DNA of 63,873 nucleotides, counting the filler, from Acidimicrobiia bacterium (GTDB lineage: Bacteria; Actinomycetota; Acidimicrobiia; Spongiisociales; SHLN01): assembly GCA_041619515.1 (NCBI GenBank). It is 3 parts of 3 records of this genome, joined end to end, with 100 filler letters (N's around TTAATTAATTAA, not from the genome) between each part and the next. Parts side by side here need not be neighbours in the genome. Positions count along the whole stretch, not along the records: positions 1 to 23,071 come from JBFKDW010000047.1; positions 23,172 to 45,383 come from JBFKDW010000048.1; 1 more part is not named here. One strand, 5' to 3'. The translations under genes were made by a program, and so were the position numbers. Within the stretch, counting starts at the first letter, position 1, and the number at the start of each line of letters is the position of its first letter. Below, in pieces: positions 22,393 through 30,411 of the stretch. The notes beneath the pieces were generated by a model. It ran no database searches. It was not told where the DNA came from and worked only from the letters and a program-made list of their open reading frames with translations.

Positions 22393-22584
22393 TGCCTCCT
22401 CCTTTAGTAGGTCGCAACGTTCAAGTGCGCGGGGATGCGCAAGCAGCCCGATCTGTCGGGTGGCCGACAAATCATCTCCCGAGGGGAGCTCGGAGCCGTC
22501 CCGATTGAGCCTGGCCGGACGAAGGTGGCGTCGTTGAGATAGTCCAACGAGAACCGGGCGACCCCAAGCACGTGTCGATCAGCC

Positions 22585-22915
22585 GGCCTCGCCGGATGCT
22601 GCAGAGTCGGTCTCGGTGAACCGGGAAATCTTGTATTGGAAGGAGCATAAGGAGCCCGACGGCATCATTCCAGTGGTGACCGACGGAGAACACAGGTGGT
22701 CCAGTGGTGATATCACCGGCAACCCTGTTCCGGCGGCACTTGCAGGCACCTGTGCCGAAGAGCCCCGATGGGTTGATCTCCGCTTCGCCCGCACTGAAGA
22801 GCAACTCGACCTCAGCAACGACCACTTCTCGGCCGCCATCGCCGACATTGCGTCAGCGTTTCGAGGCGTGCCGAAGGATGAGCTCGAATCCGAAGAGGTC
22901 CGGCGGCATTCCTGA
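22585..22915 (+). pseudogene. Fragment of a TIR-domain protein
   Basis: ASPDAAESVSVNREILYW...PAALAG..AEEPRWVDLRFAR...GVPKDELESEEVRRH resembles actinobacterial TIR_2-WD40 proteins; truncated at both ends. Confidence 0.6.
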
Positions 22916-22995
22916 ACGGTGAAATCCCCTGCAGGCACAGGGGATTTCGTGGGTGGAGCTGGAGGGATTTGAACCCTCGACCCCTTGCATGCCAT
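22900..22995. repeat. 96-bp direct repeat, copy 2
   Basis: Identical to 19567-19662. Confidence 0.95.
22921..22948 (-). terminator. Hairpin downstream of tRNA-Ala
   Basis: GAAATCCCCTG-caggca-CAGGGGATTTC, 11-bp stem. Confidence 0.7.
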
Positions 22996-23027
22996 GCAAG
23001 TGCTCTGCCGAGCTGAGCTACAGCCCC
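22954..23027 (-). tRNA. tRNA-Ala (GGC)
   Basis: GGGGCTGTAGCTCAG...CTTGC-ATGGCAT-GCAAG...GGTTCAAATCCC..AGCTCCA cloverleaf; G3-U70; CCA not encoded. Confidence 0.97.
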
Positions 23028-23071
23028 TTGGGGAAACGCGATTGTAACCCGGCCGGTCGCCTGGGCAATCG

Positions 23072-23171
23072 NNNNNNNNNNNNNNNNNNNNNNNNNNNNN
23101 NNNNNNNNNNNNNNNTTAATTAATTAANNNNNNNNNNNNNNNNNNNNNNNNNNNNNNNNNNNNNNNNNNNN
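23072..23171. other. Assembly gap or contig linker
   Basis: 100-nt N block with central TTAATTAATTAA. Confidence 0.98.
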
Positions 23172-23420
23172 GAGCAACCGTACGCCGGTGTGGGCGGGTG
23201 CCCACCTCCCGGCTGCGCCGGACTCCCCCCTGCGGGGGGGAGAAGCCGTGTTCTCCGCTCTGCGGGGGGAGAGAAACAACCAATCTCCTCCCCCGGAGGG
23301 GGAGGTGGCCCGGAGGGCCGGAGGGGGCGGTGCCTCCTGTGAGCAACCGTACGCCGGTGTGGGTGGCTGCCCCCTCCCGGCTGCGCCGGACTCCCCCCTG
23401 CGGGGGGAGAGAAACAGGGG
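23172..23420. repeat. REP-like palindromic repeat cluster (family A)
   Basis: Two units beginning GAGCAACCGTACGCCGGTGTGGG (23172, 23341) containing CTCCCGGCTGCGCCGGACTCCCCCCTGCGGGGGG. Confidence 0.8.
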
Positions 23421-23425
23421 GCCGG

Positions 23426-23788
23426 CTACTCCTCGCGCCGAAGGCTGAATCCGACCACGTTTCCCTCGGGATCCTCGACCGCGGCCAGCCGGTCTCCCCA
23501 CGGGCGATCGACGGGTTCGATCACCGGAGTGCCGCCGAGGTCGAGGCAGCGCTGATAGGTGTCATCGAGATCGTCGACCCGCACCCAGAAGGTGACCGCC
23601 CCCGGATGGTGATGGGATCCGTCGGACTGGTCGAAGCCGAGGTAGATCTCCCCGAGCTCGAATCCGACGTGACCCTCTTCCTCGACGACCTCGTCATCGT
23701 CAATTCGCAATACCCGGGCGTAGAAGCTCGCGAGCGATTCGAGGTCGTGAGCGAACACGATGACGGTGTCGATGGCGGCGTTCGTCAT
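23426..23788 (-). CDS. VOC/glyoxalase family protein
   Basis: DLESLASFY..VL, RVDDLD, DRPWGDR.A.VEDPEGN. Confidence 0.88.
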   Translation of the reverse strand: MTNAAIDTVIVFAHDLESLASFYARVLRIDDDEVVEEEGHVGFELGEIYLGFDQSDGSHHHPGAVTFWVRVDDLDDTYQRCLDLGGTPVIEPVDRPWGDRLAAVEDPEGNVVGFSLRREE

Positions 23789-23944
23789 AGGCCCGATGCT
23801 AGGGACGGATCACGATCCATCCGCATAGTGCCGGGCGGCGGCACGATCGCAGCCGCCATCTTCTTCTACCGCCGCCGGCCACCTCCAGCGACCGGTAGCC
23901 GGCCTCGCTCCGGTACACTCTCTGCTCCGCCACCCGAGGACCGC

Positions 23945-25039
23945 ATGATCGACGAAGCCGCTCTGCGCGCTGCAATCGGCCGGGTCGAAGACCCCGAAAT
24001 CCACAAACCGCTGGCCGAGCTCAACATGCTGCGTCAGCTCGACATCGCAGCCGACGGGTCGGTCGGCGTGCTGGTGGCTCTCACGGTCCCAGGCTGCCCG
24101 CTCAAGGACAAACTCGAGAGCGATGTCACCGCCGCCGCCCGCAGCGTTGCAGGGGTGCAATCGGTGTCGGTTGATTTCACGGTCATGACCGACGACGAGC
24201 GGGCCCGGCTGACTGCCAGCCTCAAAGGGGGCGATCCCGACAGCCGCCAGGTGACCATTTCGCCCCGCACCCGCGTCCTCACCATCTCGAGCGGTAAGGG
24301 CGGTGTCGGCAAGTCGTCGGTCACCACCAACCTGGGAGTGGCTCTCGCCGCCACCGGCAGGACCGTCGGCGTTATCGACGCCGACGTGTGGGGCTTCTCC
24401 ATTCCCAAGATGCTCGGAATCGATCGGGCGCCCACCGTCGTGGACCAGATGATCATGCCGCCGGAAGCGCACGGGGTGCGGGCGATCTCTATGGACTACT
24501 TCGTCCGTCCCGACCAAGCCGTCATCTGGCGCGGCCCGATGCTGCACAAGGCGCTCGAGCAGTTCCTGGTCGACGCCTATTGGGGAGACGTCGACTATCT
24601 GCTCATCGACATGCCTCCGGGCACCGGCGACATTGCGATCTCGATGAGCCAATTCCTCCCGCGGGCCCAGGCTGTGATCGTGACCACCCCCCAGCCCACC
24701 GCCCAGCGGGTGGCCAAGCGGGCGGCGTTGATGGCCAACAAGGTCAATCAGGAGATCCTCGGAGTGGTCGAGAACATGGCATGGTTCACCGGCGACGACG
24801 GCACGCGCTATCAGCTGTTCGGTGAGGGCGGCGGCCAACTGCTCGCCGACGAGCTGGAGGTGCCGCTGCTGGGCCGGATCCCGCTGGTCCCGGCCATGCG
24901 AGAGGGAGCCGACGCCGGCATTCCGGTTAGCATCGCAGCCCCCGACAGTGAGGCGTCCGAGGCATTCCGGTCGCTCGCCGAGCGGGTGGATGAGCTGCGG
25001 CCACGCCTGCGAACTCATCCGGAACTGATCATCAGCTAG
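23945..25039 (+). CDS. mrp: Mrp/NBP35 family ATP-binding Fe-S carrier
   Basis: DPEI..L, GCPL, SGKGGVGKSS, DADVWGFSIP, WRGPML, DMPPGTGD. Confidence 0.93.
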   Translation: MIDEAALRAAIGRVEDPEIHKPLAELNMLRQLDIAADGSVGVLVALTVPGCPLKDKLESDVTAAARSVAGVQSVSVDFTVMTDDERARLTASLKGGDPDSRQVTISPRTRVLTISSGKGGVGKSSVTTNLGVALAATGRTVGVIDADVWGFSIPKMLGIDRAPTVVDQMIMPPEAHGVRAISMDYFVRPDQAVIWRGPMLHKALEQFLVDAYWGDVDYLLIDMPPGTGDIAISMSQFLPRAQAVIVTTPQPTAQRVAKRAALMANKVNQEILGVVENMAWFTGDDGTRYQLFGEGGGQLLADELEVPLLGRIPLVPAMREGADAGIPVSIAAPDSEASEAFRSLAERVDELRPRLRTHPELIIS

Positions 25040-25055
25040 TGGCCCAGGAGACAGC

Positions 25056-25280
25056 ATGCGAGTGAGGATTGGACTGGCCGACACCGGCACCGACGTCGAG
25101 GTGGACGTCTCGGATATCGATGCTTTCGTCAAGGAGTTGGAGACCGCCATCGAGGCACAGGCGTCGCTCATGTGGGTGGAAGACCCCGAACGCGGCCGCT
25201 ACGCCATCGCCGTCAACAAGATCGCCTACGTCCACATCGAGAGCGAGCGCACCCGCAAGGTTGGTCTGGGCAGCGCCTGA
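25056..25280 (+). CDS. DUF3107-like small protein
   Basis: MRVRIG..., KIAYVHI...RKVG pattern. Confidence 0.7.
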   Translation: MRVRIGLADTGTDVEVDVSDIDAFVKELETAIEAQASLMWVEDPERGRYAIAVNKIAYVHIESERTRKVGLGSA

Positions 25281-25397
25281 CCTCGGGAGGCGGGGATGCC
25301 CTCTCTTGCCGCAGCCGCCCAATCGCCGGCCGGCAACTAGGCTTTTCCGTGATTTCGCGAACCAATCGGGATCGCACGGAATCTGAGGAGCAGCATC

Positions 25398-26180
25398 ATG
25401 CAATCCATTTGGAAAGGGGCCATTTCGTTCGGCCTCGTGACCATTCCCGTCGGCCTCTACAGCGCCACCGAGGACAAGAAGGCCTCGTTCAAGCAACTCC
25501 GGAAGGGTGACCACAGCCCGATTCGCTACAAGCGGATCGCAGAAGCCGACGGCGAGGAAGTGGACTACGCCGACATCGTGCGCGGCTACGAGATCGAGAA
25601 GGGCCGGTACGTCGTCTTCACCAAGGAAGAGCTGGACAACATCGGAAAGGGGCTGGCCGGGACGGTCGACGTGGTGCAATTCGTCGGACAGGAAGAGATC
25701 GACCCGATCTACTTCAAGAAGTCGTACTACCTCGCGCCGGAGAAGGGCGGAGTCAAGGCGTACAAGATCCTCCTCAACTCCCTCAAGGCAGAGAACAAGG
25801 TGGGTATCGCCAAGGTGGCGATCCGCGAGCGGGAGTATGTCGCCACCCTCAGGGCAGAGGATGACGTGCTGGTGCTCGAGACGATGTGGTGGCCCGACGA
25901 GGTCCGCGAGCCCGCCTTCGAGACGCTCCAGGAGGACGTCGAGCCGTCGGCTGAAGAGCTGAAGATGGCTGCCATGATCATCGACAATCTCACCGCCACC
26001 TTCGACCCGACCATGTGGAACGATGCCAGCCGGGAGGCGGTCGAAGCGATGGCTCAGGCCAAGGTCGAGGGACAGGAGATCGTTGCGCCGGAGAGCCCCG
26101 AGCCGACCAAAGTCGTTGATCTGCTCGATGCGCTCAAGGCCAGCGTCGAGGCAACCAAGGCCAAGAAGAAGGCCGGATGA
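25398..26180 (+). CDS. ku: Non-homologous end-joining protein Ku
   Basis: SIWKGAISFGLVTIPV, IVRGYE, YYLAP, VVDLLDALKAS. Confidence 0.96.
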   Translation: MQSIWKGAISFGLVTIPVGLYSATEDKKASFKQLRKGDHSPIRYKRIAEADGEEVDYADIVRGYEIEKGRYVVFTKEELDNIGKGLAGTVDVVQFVGQEEIDPIYFKKSYYLAPEKGGVKAYKILLNSLKAENKVGIAKVAIREREYVATLRAEDDVLVLETMWWPDEVREPAFETLQEDVEPSAEELKMAAMIIDNLTATFDPTMWNDASREAVEAMAQAKVEGQEIVAPESPEPTKVVDLLDALKASVEATKAKKKAG

Positions 26181-26596
26181 GGATCACGTCGGCTTTGCTG
26201 GCCGACTCTGCCCAGGTCCACGCCGGCAAGCTGTTCGTCCTCGGTGGGGGCTTCGACACCATCCGCACTCGATCCGTCCCGGCAGTGCACAAGGCACTGG
26301 CAGTGGTGATGGTGGCCGAGGTCAATCCGGGGGAGCGCGAGACAGACCTCTCCATCGAAGTCACCCTGCTCGATGAGGACATGCAGTCATTGGGACCCCG
26401 GGCGTCGGGGACGCTGCGGGTGGGCGAAACCCCGACCCACCGGCCCGGGCAGAGCAGCATCGTTCCGCTGGCCATTCCGTTCTTCGATCTCCGGTTTCCA
26501 CGTGAGCAGGGGTATGTCTTCCGGGTGACCCATCAGGACGAGGAGCTCACCCGCATCCCTTTCACGGTCCTCGTGGTCCCTCCGCCGTCCACGTAA
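26177..26596 (+). CDS. Conserved hypothetical protein (DUF6941-like)
   Basis: LLADSAQV..GKLFVLGGG; ATGA coupling to ku. Confidence 0.7.
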   Translation: MRITSALLADSAQVHAGKLFVLGGGFDTIRTRSVPAVHKALAVVMVAEVNPGERETDLSIEVTLLDEDMQSLGPRASGTLRVGETPTHRPGQSSIVPLAIPFFDLRFPREQGYVFRVTHQDEELTRIPFTVLVVPPPST

Positions 26597-27515
26597 TCGT
26601 CTCCCAGTCGTCGCCGGTGAAGCCCTTGAAAGCAGGGGCCCGCAACTTGCCCGCCCGGGTCCACTCCTTGAATTCCACCAGCGCCACCAGCTGCGGCTCG
26701 ACGAACACCGCCCCGGCGGGAATGGCCGTCCCCGTGAGGAAGGCCGGCGTCTCCATCGCCATCTCGTCGAGGGCCCCCCGAATTGCCCGCAGCGTCTGGC
26801 CGGTGAAGCCCGTCCCCACCGACCCGATGTACCGGAGACCGTCCCCGTCCACCAGACCCAGGAGCAGCGATCCGAACGTGGCGGCGCGGGCGCCCTCGCC
26901 CGGCAGAAACCCAGCAACCACAGCACGCACCTGATCGACCCTGGCGATCTTGCGCCAATCGGCCGAGCGGATTCCCGGCTGGTACGGGGACGCGCGGCGT
27001 TTGCCCACCATTCCCTCCAGTTTCCGCTCGCCGACGACGTCCCACAATGCTCGGCCCTCCCCGACGACCGGTTCCGGTGCCAGGAACGATGGCGGCAGCT
27101 CGAGCCCGGTCAGCCGCGCGGCTCGGACGTCCCACGGCTGGTCGATGAGCGGTGCCTCCAGGAAGAGGAGATCGAACACCATGAAGGTGACGGGTGTCTC
27201 GTCGACCGATCCTTCCCCGCGACGGAGGTTCATCCGCTGCTGCAGATGCCCGAACGATGGTCGCCCTGCTTCGTCGAAGGTGACGATCTCACCGTCCAGG
27301 ATGCAGGGCGGCAACCCGGCGGGATCGTGCAGCTCCGGATAGGTAGGACCAATCAGACGACCCGTGCGGCTGCGGACAACCGTGCTGCGCCCATCCCAGG
27401 ACAACACCGCCCGCACCCCGTCCCATTTCACCTCGAAGGCCCACTCCGGGTCTGAAAACGGCTCCGTCCAGCGGGTGGCCAGCATCGGCGGGTAGACGGG
27501 CAGCAATCTGCTCAC
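26562..27515 (-). CDS. ligD: ATP-dependent DNA ligase, LigD ligase domain only
   Basis: FEVKWDGVR, LDGEIV, FDLL, LEGMVGKR, Y.PG.RS.DWRK, LRAPAF. Confidence 0.9.
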   Translation of the reverse strand: MSRLLPVYPPMLATRWTEPFSDPEWAFEVKWDGVRAVLSWDGRSTVVRSRTGRLIGPTYPELHDPAGLPPCILDGEIVTFDEAGRPSFGHLQQRMNLRRGEGSVDETPVTFMVFDLLFLEAPLIDQPWDVRAARLTGLELPPSFLAPEPVVGEGRALWDVVGERKLEGMVGKRRASPYQPGIRSADWRKIARVDQVRAVVAGFLPGEGARAATFGSLLLGLVDGDGLRYIGSVGTGFTGQTLRAIRGALDEMAMETPAFLTGTAIPAGAVFVEPQLVALVEFKEWTRAGKLRAPAFKGFTGDDWETITWTAEGPRGP

Positions 27516-27530
27516 CCGGCCGGAGGCTCG

Positions 27531-27989
27531 TCACTCACCGAGCGCTTCGCGCACCAGACGGTTCACCAGGCTGCCGTCGACATTGCCCTTGTGGTCCTTC
27601 ATGATGTGCCCGACCACCCTGCCGGCCTCTTTCGGGCCTTCGGCCCCGAGATCGGAAATGGCCGAGTCGACCAGTTGCTTGGTGGCTGCTTCGTCGAGCG
27701 TCTCGGGCAGCCACCGGGCCAGGTATTCGGTCTCGAAGGCAAGCTTGGCAGCCATCTCCTCGCCCCGGTCGCCCATCTCCCGGTACTCCTCGCTCGCCTT
27801 GGTCATCTTCTTGACGTAAGAGGCGATGACCATCCGGTAGAGGTCGTCGTCGATGTCCCCTTCGAAACCCGGCTGGCTCTTGGTGCGGCTCACCTCGGTC
27901 TCTATGGCTCGTATGACGTCCTTGCGGTTGCGATCGCTGGTCTTGAGCGCGTCCTTCAGTTCGACACCGAGCTCCTCTTGAATAGTCAT
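27531..27989 (-). CDS. GatB/YqeY domain protein
   Basis: ELKDALK, YL..WLP, GRVVG.IMK..KG.VDG. Confidence 0.85.
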   Translation of the reverse strand: MTIQEELGVELKDALKTSDRNRKDVIRAIETEVSRTKSQPGFEGDIDDDLYRMVIASYVKKMTKASEEYREMGDRGEEMAAKLAFETEYLARWLPETLDEAATKQLVDSAISDLGAEGPKEAGRVVGHIMKDHKGNVDGSLVNRLVREALGE

Positions 27990-28113
27990 GGACGCCAGGG
28001 TACTGGAGGCATCGGGCGAGGCGGGGATCGAGCGCGAAAAATACCCTTTGGACACGGGTTCATCATGCGATACGGTGTTCGGCGTCCCGGGGGGATTGTT
28101 TTTTTGGGCAAAT

Positions 28114-28129
28114 TGTGAATGAAATCACA
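28114..28129. promoter_or_regulatory. CRP/GlxR binding site
   Basis: Perfect TGTGA-atgaaa-TCACA upstream of whiB. Confidence 0.85.
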
Positions 28130-28161
28130 TTGCCGCAGAGTTGAATAGGAGGCAGGGAGAC

Positions 28162-28437
28162 ATGGCGATCGCGGCGGAAAGAGGACAGTGGCAAGAGCTC
28201 TCGGCGTGCCGCTCTTCCGATCCTGAGATGTTCTTCCCCGTCGGCACCACCGGTCATGCGCTCGACAACATCGATCGCGCCAAGGCCATCTGTGCGACCT
28301 GCACCGTCCAGGACGAATGCCTCGACTACGCCTTGCACACCAACCAGGAGGCGGGAGTCTGGGGCGGCTACGCCGAGGACGAGCGACGCCGGCTGCGCAA
28401 GCGGTGGCTGGCCGAGCGCCGCAAACGCGCCAGCTAG
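28162..28437 (+). CDS. whiB: WhiB family transcriptional regulator (WhiB1-like)
   Basis: AC...DPEMFFPVGTTG, CATC...CL, GVWGG. Confidence 0.93.
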   Translation: MAIAAERGQWQELSACRSSDPEMFFPVGTTGHALDNIDRAKAICATCTVQDECLDYALHTNQEAGVWGGYAEDERRRLRKRWLAERRKRAS

Positions 28438-28481
28438 ACCCGCGGCGCACGCGGGGCCGGCGCCTCCCGTAGTTTCAGGGA

Positions 28482-29681
28482 GTGAGCGCACCCCCCGGCC
28501 GAACCTGGGCCCCGCTTCTCGCCCTTTCGACAACGGTGGCGATCTCCTTCGGGGTGCTGCTCTATGCGGTGTCGGTGCTCATCACCGAGGAGGCGGCCGG
28601 CTCGGTCTTTTCCACCACCGTCCTCTCCACCGGCTACGGCGGAGCCCTGCTCGTCGGTGGAGGGCTGGCCCCGTTCGTCGGCCGCCGGGCGGATCGACTG
28701 GGGGTTCGGCTGATCTTCATAGTCGGGGTGGGGCTCGGGGCCGGGGGGTTGACGGCGTTATCGGTCGCCGATCGCCCGTGGCAGGTGCTGGCCGCCTTCT
28801 GGATTCTGATCGGACCGGCCGGCGCACTGACGTTCTACGAGCCGGCCTATGTGGCGGTGGAGCAGTGGTTCGGCGCGGTCCGGAGGGCCCGCAGCCTCGC
28901 CATCCTCACGGTGGTCGGGGGCTTGGCAGGGCCTGTCTTCCTTCCCCTCTCCAGTGCCCTGGTGGATGGGCTGGGCTGGCGGGGCGCCGCCCGCGCCCTG
29001 GCGGGCATCTTCGTGGTGGTCGGGGCTCCGGCGGCCACCCTGATGGCCCGGACTGCGGCGGTCCATGACCCGGCAACGGAGCCTGAGGATACGAGCTCCG
29101 TGTTGCCGCGTCTCGTCGGCGACCGCCGGTTCATCCTCTACACCGCATCGGTCGCCCTGATCTTCCTCTCCATGCAGGCGGTCCTGCTCCACCGGATTGC
29201 CCTCTTCGAAGCCGGAGGGTTTGCGGTCGCAACTGCCGCCGCCTGGGGGGCTGCCGCCGGCCTCCTGAGCTTTCCCGGCCGGTTCGCCGCCCCGTTCCTG
29301 GCCCGCGCCTGGGGGGGCCTCCTCATCCAGTCGGTGGCGCTTGGACTGCTGGCAGCCTCGGTCCTGGTCACGATCGATGCCACGAGGGGCTGGCAACTCG
29401 TCACCCACTTCGTGCTGTTCGGGCTGGTCTTCGGCGCCATGCTTCCGATCCGAGCGTCCATCATGGGCGCGTGGTACGCAGGGCCCTCGTACGGGCGCAT
29501 CATGGGATCCCAATGGCTGGTCGCCTCGGTTGCCGGTGCCGTTGGCCCGGCGGCGGTCGGGGTGCTGCGCGACGCCACCGGCAGTTACGACATCCCCATG
29601 CAGGTGATCACGCTGCTCCTGGTGCTCGCAGCCGTCCTCACCGTGGCGAGTGGACGGGCCGGTGCCCGCCGCCCGGCCTGA
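28482..29681 (+). CDS. MFS transporter
   Basis: About 12 TM segments, GRRADRLGVR motif A. Confidence 0.88.
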   Translation: MSAPPGRTWAPLLALSTTVAISFGVLLYAVSVLITEEAAGSVFSTTVLSTGYGGALLVGGGLAPFVGRRADRLGVRLIFIVGVGLGAGGLTALSVADRPWQVLAAFWILIGPAGALTFYEPAYVAVEQWFGAVRRARSLAILTVVGGLAGPVFLPLSSALVDGLGWRGAARALAGIFVVVGAPAATLMARTAAVHDPATEPEDTSSVLPRLVGDRRFILYTASVALIFLSMQAVLLHRIALFEAGGFAVATAAAWGAAAGLLSFPGRFAAPFLARAWGGLLIQSVALGLLAASVLVTIDATRGWQLVTHFVLFGLVFGAMLPIRASIMGAWYAGPSYGRIMGSQWLVASVAGAVGPAAVGVLRDATGSYDIPMQVITLLLVLAAVLTVASGRAGARRPA

Positions 29682-29708
29682 GTCTCGAGTCGGGGGTCGA
29701 CGCTGCGT

Positions 29709-30248
29709 TTACCGGGCGGATCGCCGCAGCCGTGCCCGCCGCAGCGCTACCAGGGCCCCCACGGCCGTGATTGCAGCCAGCACGTTGAACAGGATGTCGA
29801 CCGGATCGAACACCCTGCTGGGTATGAGTGCCTGAATCGATTCGTCGAGCACTCCGACGAGTGCCGTCAGCAGCGCGGCGAGGAGCGCAGGTGCCGGTAC
29901 GCGCTTTCCCTTGACGGCGCGCTCGGTGAGCGCTTCGAACACGAGGACGGCGAGGACCCCGTACTCGATGAGGTGAGTGCGTTCCTCCGGGCTCGCCATC
30001 CTCAGGAACGCGAGGAAATAGACGGCGATGGCTCCCAGGGCCACGCCGATCTCTGCGCTCCCGGCCCGGGTCTTCAACCCGAGGGTCACGATGGCCGCCC
30101 CGATCAGCACCAGTGCCCCGGCGAAGGCGGCATCGATGAGCCCGCGATTGCGGAGCTCCTCGGCGAGCGTCCGCGCCAGGCCGAGGGTCGAGTAGATGGC
30201 GACGACCACGGCCCCCGCCACCAACCACAAACGATGCTCCCGATCCAC
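29709..30248 (-). CDS. VanZ-like membrane protein
   Basis: HLIEYGVL, DESIQALIPSR.FD..D...N; GTG start inferred. Confidence 0.78.
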   Translation of the reverse strand: MDREHRLWLVAGAVVVAIYSTLGLARTLAEELRNRGLIDAAFAGALVLIGAAIVTLGLKTRAGSAEIGVALGAIAVYFLAFLRMASPEERTHLIEYGVLAVLVFEALTERAVKGKRVPAPALLAALLTALVGVLDESIQALIPSRVFDPVDILFNVLAAITAVGALVALRRARLRRSAR

Positions 30249-30411
30249 GGCGGCATTATCCCAAGCGCCGCCGGTGTATCTCGTCGGGGTGCGGTTTCCG
30301 ATCGGGCAGACGACCGGCGTCACCCATTGTGGCGACAGCTTCAGCGTCAGTCGGCACTGAATAGGACCCTGGTCCCTAGCCGACGCGGGCACGACGTGAG
30401 ATCGTCTGAGT

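Larger units (their letters stand above)
19663..22899. mobile_element. tRNA-Ala-targeted genomic islet without integrase
   Basis: 3.2 kb bounded by 96-bp direct repeats containing the tRNA 3' half. Confidence 0.7.

Noticed and set aside
23072..23171. TTAATTAATTAA motif inside N runs (also 45384-45483)
   Set aside because: Identical artificial linker with stops in all frames; not biological
23198..23944. N-terminal extension making Mrp 613 aa
   Set aside because: It spans repeats and the antisense of the VOC gene; the real start is 23945
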